Shown here piece by piece: positions 58,535 to 64,000 of a stretch of 64,000 nt of DNA. The position numbers were made by a program, and so were the translations under genes. Source of the DNA: Actinomycetota bacterium (GTDB taxonomy: Bacteria; Actinomycetota; Acidimicrobiia; Acidimicrobiales; CADCSY01); the NCBI GenBank assembly GCA_016781135.1, contig JADDQY010000078.1, positions 79,834 through 143,833 on the forward strand, written 5' to 3'. Below the pieces are notes generated by a model. That model had not been told where the DNA came from. It worked only from the letters and a program-made list of their open reading frames with translations, and did no database searches. The first letter of the stretch is position 1, and every line of letters begins with the position of its first letter.

Positions 58535-58560
58535 GTTTGGCTGGTGGTGTTGGCGGGTAA
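58535..58560 (+). promoter_or_regulatory. SigF/SigB-type stress promoter GTTT-N16-GGGTAA
   Basis: Exact match to the GTTT-N15-17-GGGTA consensus, 80 nt upstream of a small membrane protein gene. Confidence 0.7.
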
Positions 58561-58640
58561 CCCTACGAGGTTGGCGGGGTCGAAAACGAGACGACGAGCG
58601 TGGTCGACCGAAGATCGACCCGCAAGGAGGTAGCACTGCG

Positions 58641-58859
58641 ATGGGTATCGGAGTCAGCGTGTTCCTGCTTGCCGTCGGTGCCATCCTGGCCTTCGCCGTA
58701 GACGTGTCACTGCAGGGCCTCGACCTGGACACCGTCGGTGTCATCCTGATGATCGTCGGAGCCATCGGGCTGTTGCTCTCGGCGGTGTTCCTCAGCAGCT
58801 TCTCGCCCTACGGGCGGGGTGCGGGCCGCGAGACGGTGGTGCGCGAAGAGCGCTTCTAG
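58641..58859 (+). CDS. Small two-TM membrane protein (DUF6458-like)
   Basis: SD AAGGAGG; MGIGVSVFLLAVGAILAFAV...VGVILMIVG. Confidence 0.88.
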   Translation: MGIGVSVFLLAVGAILAFAVDVSLQGLDLDTVGVILMIVGAIGLLLSAVFLSSFSPYGRGAGRETVVREERF

Positions 58860-58868
58860 ACGGCGGTC

Positions 58869-59354
58869 TCACCGGCGCCCGTGGCCGGCCAACTGCCGCG
58901 AGATCTCTCGTTGCACGGCAACCGGGTCAGGGAGGCGGGCGACCGGGTGACGGTGGTCACCCCGCTCGCCACCTGACTCCACCAACAGATCGCCGTAGCC
59001 CAGCAGCCGCCCCAGCACCGACCGGCGGAAGCGCACGGCCTGGACCCGGTCGAGGGGGATCTCGACGATCTCCTTGGTCAGCACCCCGGCGCGATGGACC
59101 AGGCGCTGGTCGGTGACCACGAAGCTGGTGCTGGCCCACCTGAGGTAGCGCGCGACGAAGCGAGCCAGCGCCAACAGCGTGGCTCCGGCGGAGAGCAGCT
59201 GGAGCAGGTCGTGGGCTTCGGCGGCGGAGAGGGCGTTCAGCACGGCCAGGGCCCCCACCAACGAAAGGGCGGCGCCGGAGAACGACGTCCAGTGCGGACG
59301 GACGTCGACGACGGTCTCCTCTCCGTCGTGGAGCAGCCTCGGCGGGAAGGCCAT
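58869..59354 (-). CDS. Bacterial PH domain (bPH_2) membrane protein
   Basis: RPHW, two TMs, FVVTDQRLVHRAGVL, RLLGYGDL. Confidence 0.88.
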   Translation of the reverse strand: MAFPPRLLHDGEETVVDVRPHWTSFSGAALSLVGALAVLNALSAAEAHDLLQLLSAGATLLALARFVARYLRWASTSFVVTDQRLVHRAGVLTKEIVEIPLDRVQAVRFRRSVLGRLLGYGDLLVESGGERGDHRHPVARLPDPVAVQREISRQLAGHGRR

Positions 59355-59401
59355 CGGCCAAGAACGCTACTTCCGTCCCGCCGATGTGATGGTTGGGGAC
59401 T

Positions 59402-59911
59402 TCAGCGGTACCTGCGCCGCCGGAACACCCGCTCACCTGCCACCACCCGGTCGAGGAACAACAGCCCGTCGAGGTGATCGAGTTCGTGTTGGACGGCCCG
59501 AGCCTCGAAGGCGTCGACCTCGAGGACGAGCTCGGCACCGGTGGGCGTGATCCCCCGCACGACGAGAGCACGGGCCCGAGCGACGTCGCCGGTCAGATCG
59601 GGCACGCTCATGCAGCCCTCCCGGCCCACCTCCATCAGGGCGGGCTCGGAGGAGGCCTCGAGGACGACGGGGTCGAACAGGACCAGCTCCCCGTGGCACG
59701 AGCGGGCCTTCGGGTGCCCGGTCACGTCCATGCAGAAGGCCCTCAGCGACACCCCGATCTGGGGTGCGGCCACCCCGACGCTGTGCGACGAGGCCCGCAT
59801 GGTGTCAAGGAGGTCCTCGGCGAGGCACCGCGCCGCTTCGTCGATCTCGCCCACCGGAACGCACGGTCGGCTGAGCAAGGGGTCGGGGAGCAACACCACC
59901 GGTCGGATCAC
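59402..59911 (-). CDS. def: Peptide deformylase
   Basis: GVAAPQIG, EGCMS, QHELDHLDG. Confidence 0.93.
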   Translation of the reverse strand: MIRPVVLLPDPLLSRPCVPVGEIDEAARCLAEDLLDTMRASSHSVGVAAPQIGVSLRAFCMDVTGHPKARSCHGELVLFDPVVLEASSEPALMEVGREGCMSVPDLTGDVARARALVVRGITPTGAELVLEVDAFEARAVQHELDHLDGLLFLDRVVAGERVFRRRRYR

Positions 59912-59998
59912 CGGCCACGAAGCTAGACATCCGAGGAGGACCTGGCTCTGCTGGGCTCGGACCACAGTGGCCAGAGCCCAACCACCCGCCCGCTGGGC

Positions 59999-60535
59999 TC
60001 AGAGGATGTCGGGCTCGTCGGGGCGCAGGCGCACGTCGACTTCGAGCTCGCCGGCCAGCGCCACCAGCTCGGGGCCGAGCGAGTCGGGGTCGATCGTCGT
60101 GGGCACGACCACCGACAACCGCAGGACGTAGGCAGGAGGTTCGCCCTGCACCACTCGAGTGCTGAGGTCGACGACGTTGGCCCCACGGTCGGCGAGCAGC
60201 TGGGTCACCCGGTGGACGATGCCGGGGTGGTCGGCGCCGTGGACCGACACCGACCAGCTGGCGCCGTCGACCGGCTCGCCAGCTCCGGGGTCGGCGGCCG
60301 GGCGCACGGCCACGCTGAGGCCGAGCGGGGCGCCCCGCTCGGCGAGGCTCTGCTCCAGTTGGGTCACCGCCACGTCGTCGGTGACCTCCACGATCAACAT
60401 CATGGCGAAGTGCCCACCGAGGATCGTCATGGCGCTGTCCTCGAGGTTGCCGCCCCACTCCACCAGCACCCCGGTCACCGCGGCCACGATGCCGGGCCGG
60501 TCGGCGCCGAAGGCGGTGACGGCGAAGCGAGCCAT
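59999..60535 (-). CDS. Tandem ACT-domain protein (GcvR-like)
   Basis: GADRPGIV...GADHPGIV double ACT. Confidence 0.88.
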   Translation of the reverse strand: MARFAVTAFGADRPGIVAAVTGVLVEWGGNLEDSAMTILGGHFAMMLIVEVTDDVAVTQLEQSLAERGAPLGLSVAVRPAADPGAGEPVDGASWSVSVHGADHPGIVHRVTQLLADRGANVVDLSTRVVQGEPPAYVLRLSVVVPTTIDPDSLGPELVALAGELEVDVRLRPDEPDIL

Positions 60536-60540
60536 CGGGC

Positions 60541-60882
60541 TTACGCCCAGCCCAGCTCGTGCAGCCGCTGGTCGTCAATGCCGAAGTGGTGAGCGACCTC
60601 GTGGATCACCGTCACCCGCACCTCGGCGACGACCTCGGCTTCGCTGCCAGCCAGCGCGCAGATCGGCCGACGATAGACGGTGATGCGATCGGGCATGGCC
60701 AAGCCCCCGTACGCCTCCCGCTCGGTGAGGGGTACGCCCTCGTAGAGGCCGAGCAGGCCGGCCCGAGAGTCCTCCCGCACCTGCACCACGACGTTGTCCA
60801 TCAGCCGGCCCAGCTCCTCGGGGATCTCGTCGAGGGCGTCGGCCACCAGCTCCTCGAAACGAGGTTCGGGCACGTCGATCAC
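60541..60882 (-). CDS. Zincin-like metallopeptidase (DUF1025-like)
   Basis: LLGLYEGVPL, PDRITVYR, HEVAHHFG. Confidence 0.9.
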   Translation of the reverse strand: MIDVPEPRFEELVADALDEIPEELGRLMDNVVVQVREDSRAGLLGLYEGVPLTEREAYGGLAMPDRITVYRRPICALAGSEAEVVAEVRVTVIHEVAHHFGIDDQRLHELGWA

Positions 60883-60960
60883 GGTGGCGAAGCTAGTGGT
60901 CGCTGCACCAGCGGGGCTGGCCCCTCGGGGTCCACCTCGTTGTCGCACCGGGTCCGTAGT

Positions 60961-63033
60961 GTGCGGGGCATCGACGTGAATGCGCTCCTCGAAGGGCTCA
61001 CCGACCGCCAAGCCGAAGCGGTGACGACCACCGGTGCCCCCCTGTGCATCCTCGCCGGTGCCGGCTCGGGCAAGACCCGCGTCCTCACCCGTCGCATCGC
61101 CTACCGGGTGGCCACCGGCAGCGCCGACCCCCGTCACGTCCTCGCCCTCACCTTCACCCGCAAGGCGGCCACCGAGCTCGGTCGCCGGTTGGAGGCCCTC
61201 GGGGTGCGGACCCACGTCACCGCGGGCACCTTCCACGCCCTGGCCTACGCCCAACTGCGGCGGTGGTGGGCCGACAACGACCGGCGCCCGCCGGTGCTGC
61301 TCGAGCGCAAGGTCGGCCTCCTTGCCCGCCTGCACGCGAGCAGCGGGGCCTCCGTCAGTGGCAGGGCCAACGTCCAACCGGTCGACCTGGCCGCCGAGAT
61401 CGAATGGGCCAAGGCCCGCATGGTGGGGCCCGACGACTACGAAGCCGCAGCCGCTCGCCACCGCCGGAGTGCTCCGCTGTCCCCGGCGGCGCTGGCCTCG
61501 CTCTACCGGCGCTACGAGGTGGAGAAGCAGCGCCGCGGGCTGGTCGACTTCGACGACCTGCTCATCGGCTTGGCCCGGGCGATGGGCACCGACGCCGAGT
61601 TCGCCGCGTCCCAGCGATGGCGCTTCCGCCATCTGTTCGTCGACGAGTTCCAAGACGTCAACCCGGTGCAGGCCACCCTCTTGGCCGGTTGGCGAGGCGA
61701 GGGCAACGACCTGTGCGTGGTCGGCGACTGCAACCAGGCCATCTACTCCTGGAACGGCGCCGACCCCGCCCAGCTTCGCGACTTCAAGCGGCGGGAGCCG
61801 GGGGCCACCGTCGTGGTCCTCGACGACAACTTCCGCTCCACCCCGCAGATCCTGGCCGTGGCCGGATCGCTGATCCCGCCCGGTCCCGGTCGCAGCGGCC
61901 GTCTACGGCCGCGCCGTCCCGACGGGCCGCTGCCCTACATCCGGACCTTCGAGCGCGACGTCGACGAGGCCCGGTCGATCGCCCGGCTCGTGCGAGATCG
62001 CCACGCTCCGGGAACCCCCTGGTCCCAGATCGCCGTGCTCACCCGGACCAACGCCCAACTGGTTGCCTTCGAGGAGGCTTTCCGGGCCGGCGGCATCCCC
62101 GTGCGGGTGCGAGGCGGTGGCGCCTTCCTCGAACGACCCGAGGTCAAGGCCGCCCTCGGGGAGCTCGGACGACCCGACGGCGCGCTCGCTCCCGGACTAG
62201 CCGACATGGCCGCCGCCGTCCGTCAGGGGTCGCCCGAGCTCGGCACGGCAGCCGAGGAGCGACGGGCGGTGCTCGAAGAGCTCGTCCGCCTCGGTCACGA
62301 CTACCTGGCGCTCGAGGCCGAGGCCAGCGTGGCCGGGTTCACCGCCTGGCTCGCTGCCGGCCTTCGTAGCGAAGCACCTCATGCCGTCACCGACGCCGTC
62401 GACCTCGCCACCTTCCACGCCGCCAAGGGCCTGGAGTGGCCGGTGGTGTTCATCGCCGGGCTCGAACGGGGCCTCGTGCCGATCTCCCACGCCACCACCG
62501 ACGAGGCGCGGGACGAAGAGCGCCGGCTGCTGTACGTCGCCGTCACCCGCGCCGAACGCGAGCTGCACTGTTCGTGGGCCCGTCAGCGCACCTTCGGGGC
62601 CCGCAGCCTGCGCCGCCAGGCGTCGCCGTGGCTGGAGGAGATCCAGGTAGCCCGAGCCGCGCTCGCCGCCGGCGAGGCCCACCCAGGCTCCACAGCCTGG
62701 AGATCCCGCCTCGCCGACGAACGCGCTCGCCTCCACGGGTTACGGGGTGGGAGGGCCGCGGTCGGGGGGCGCACCGGGGTCAAGATCGGCAGCGCCGCTG
62801 ACCCCGGGCTGTTGGATGCGCTCAAGAGCTGGCGGGCCGAAGCCGCTCGCGCCGGAGGCGTCCCTGCCTACGTGGTGTTCCACGACACCACGTTGGCGGC
62901 GGTGGCCGAGGCCCGCCCCCGCACCCAGACCGCGCTGCTCGACCTCCCCGGGCTGGGCCCGGTGAAGGCCGAGCGCTACGGGGACGCCCTGCTGGCCGTC
63001 ATCGCCGCCCACAAGGGGGATGGCCGGTCTTGA
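60961..63033 (+). CDS. uvrD2: UvrD/REP family helicase with C-terminal HRDC (UvrD2-like)
   Basis: AGAGSGKT, LTFTRKAA, VDEFQD, GDCNQAIY, NFRS, TFHAAKGLEW, YVAVTRA, HRDC (PAYVVFHDTTL). Start may be 60976. Confidence 0.9.
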   Translation: MRGIDVNALLEGLTDRQAEAVTTTGAPLCILAGAGSGKTRVLTRRIAYRVATGSADPRHVLALTFTRKAATELGRRLEALGVRTHVTAGTFHALAYAQLRRWWADNDRRPPVLLERKVGLLARLHASSGASVSGRANVQPVDLAAEIEWAKARMVGPDDYEAAAARHRRSAPLSPAALASLYRRYEVEKQRRGLVDFDDLLIGLARAMGTDAEFAASQRWRFRHLFVDEFQDVNPVQATLLAGWRGEGNDLCVVGDCNQAIYSWNGADPAQLRDFKRREPGATVVVLDDNFRSTPQILAVAGSLIPPGPGRSGRLRPRRPDGPLPYIRTFERDVDEARSIARLVRDRHAPGTPWSQIAVLTRTNAQLVAFEEAFRAGGIPVRVRGGGAFLERPEVKAALGELGRPDGALAPGLADMAAAVRQGSPELGTAAEERRAVLEELVRLGHDYLALEAEASVAGFTAWLAAGLRSEAPHAVTDAVDLATFHAAKGLEWPVVFIAGLERGLVPISHATTDEARDEERRLLYVAVTRAERELHCSWARQRTFGARSLRRQASPWLEEIQVARAALAAGEAHPGSTAWRSRLADERARLHGLRGGRAAVGGRTGVKIGSAADPGLLDALKSWRAEAARAGGVPAYVVFHDTTLAAVAEARPRTQTALLDLPGLGPVKAERYGDALLAVIAAHKGDGRS

Positions 63034-63064
63034 CAGGGTGGCCTCGCGGCGCGACGACAGAGGC

Positions 63065-63376
63065 ATGACCCACTACCTCTGGCCCGGCGACCCCGGGTGG
63101 CCCTCGCCGGAGGTCGAGGCCGACCGTGCCACCGACGTCTCGGACCCTGACCGTGAGATCGACTTCGACGCCGTCTGCCTCCACGCCGCCGAACCTCACG
63201 TCTTCGACGCTCTCACCCCCACCGAGCGCACCGTGCTCGCCGCCCGTTTCGGCCTGGGCGGCGCCCCGGTGCGGACGATGAAGGAGCTCCACAGGGACCT
63301 CGGCCTCACCCGCCACGAAGTCCGCGACCGACTCGAGTCGGCCCTCGCCAAGGTCCGAGGCCGCCTCGCAGACTGA
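63065..63376 (+). CDS. Stand-alone sigma-70 region 4-like HTH protein
   Basis: LTPTERTVLAARFGL...RTMKELHRDLGLTRHEVR...ALAKVR; no sigma regions 1-3. Confidence 0.75.
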   Translation: MTHYLWPGDPGWPSPEVEADRATDVSDPDREIDFDAVCLHAAEPHVFDALTPTERTVLAARFGLGGAPVRTMKELHRDLGLTRHEVRDRLESALAKVRGRLAD

Positions 63377-63403
63377 AGCCGCAGGTCTGCCCCCCCGCTG
63401 GGC

Positions 63404-63424
63404 GCCGGCCCGGGTCGGGCCGGC
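63404..63424. terminator. GC hairpin between convergent genes
   Basis: GCCGGCCCG-ggt-CGGGCCGGC, 9-bp stem, no U-tract. Confidence 0.45.
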
Positions 63425-64000
63425 TCAGGGCGGATCAGTGGCGAACTCGGCCACCACGGGGGCGTGGTCGGACGGGAGCTTTCCCTTGCGGGCGTTGCGG
63501 TCGATGAGCACCCACGACAGGCGCCGGGCCAGCGGAGCGCTGGCGTAGAGCAAGTCGATGCGCATCCCCAGATGCCGGTGGAAGTTGCCGGCTCGGTAGT
63601 CCCACCACGAGAACAGCCCGCGCTCCTGATGGCGCTGGCGCAGCACGTCGACCAGACCCCACCCGGTGACCTCGGCGAGGGCGCGCCGCTCGGCCTCGCT
63701 GACGTGGGTGCCCCCGTGGCAGGCACCGGCGTCCCAGACGTCCCGATCGTCGGGAGCCACGTTGAAGTCACCGCACACGACGACGTCGGAGGAGGGGTCG
63801 GCGGTGATGGCGAGGTGGTGCTGGAGCCGACCGAGCCACGCCAGCTTGTGCTGGTACATCGGGTGGTCGACCGACCGGCCGTTGGGCACGTAGACGGTGA
63901 CCACTCGCACCCCGGCGCAGGTGGCGGTGAGCAACCGGGCTTCTGGATCAGGTTCGATGCCGGCGGCGAAGCCGTCGACGACATCGGTGATGGGGCCGCG
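63425..64000 (-). CDS. xth: Exodeoxyribonuclease III (3' part; start lies beyond the window)
   Basis: VYVPNG, CGDFN, FSWWDYR, MRIDL, PSDHAPV. Confidence 0.95.
   Translation of the reverse strand, partial: RGPITDVVDGFAAGIEPDPEARLLTATCAGVRVVTVYVPNGRSVDHPMYQHKLAWLGRLQHHLAITADPSSDVVVCGDFNVAPDDRDVWDAGACHGGTHVSEAERRALAEVTGWGLVDVLRQRHQERGLFSWWDYRAGNFHRHLGMRIDLLYASAPLARRLSWVLIDRNARKGKLPSDHAPVVAEFATDPP

Overview
Very GC-rich chromosomal window from an actinobacterium; gene content and protein sequences look like class Acidimicrobiia (inference). It is almost all core genome: I found no rRNA, tRNA, CRISPR array, transposase or prophage. Left third: the dcw cluster on the minus strand (mraZ-rsmH-ftsL-ftsI-murE-mraY-murD-ftsW ... 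murC-murB-ftsQ). murF is missing from it, and the usual murG slot holds an oppositely oriented three-gene cassette: a divergent MurG-like glycosyltransferase, a CBS-domain nucleotidyltransferase and a LegB-like 4,6-dehydratase. Next come a lipoate-ligase-like gene, a selenocysteine-containing selD (in-frame UGA, UACK motif, SECIS-like hairpin), OSBS/menC, an HNH nuclease, a ROK kinase, moxR-DUF58-transglutaminase, DUF3040 and dinB. Middle: PIG-L deacetylase, inositol monophosphatase, a STAS-like protein, an OmpR-type two-component system with a GerMN lipoprotein, two Tat-exported ferritin-like proteins plus a cupredoxin, a CDF transporter, pfkA, alaC, an eRF1-like (baeRF) protein, a GT4 glycosyltransferase, SepH with a histone-H1-like repeat tail, and a NYN nuclease. 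Right: mutM, rnc, acpP, plsX, rpmF, yceD, a sepIVA-like gene, coaD, rsmD, recG, fakA, rpmB, a second moxR-DUF58-vWA operon, MhuD-like, def, an ACT protein, a zincin, UvrD-HRDC, a stand-alone sigma-70 region-4 protein and xth (partial). Many genes have a TANNNT -10 box 6-8 nt before the start codon, suggesting leaderless transcripts. All family assignments come from motif recognition by eye; no database searches were run. Several start codons were trimmed relative to the ORF track.
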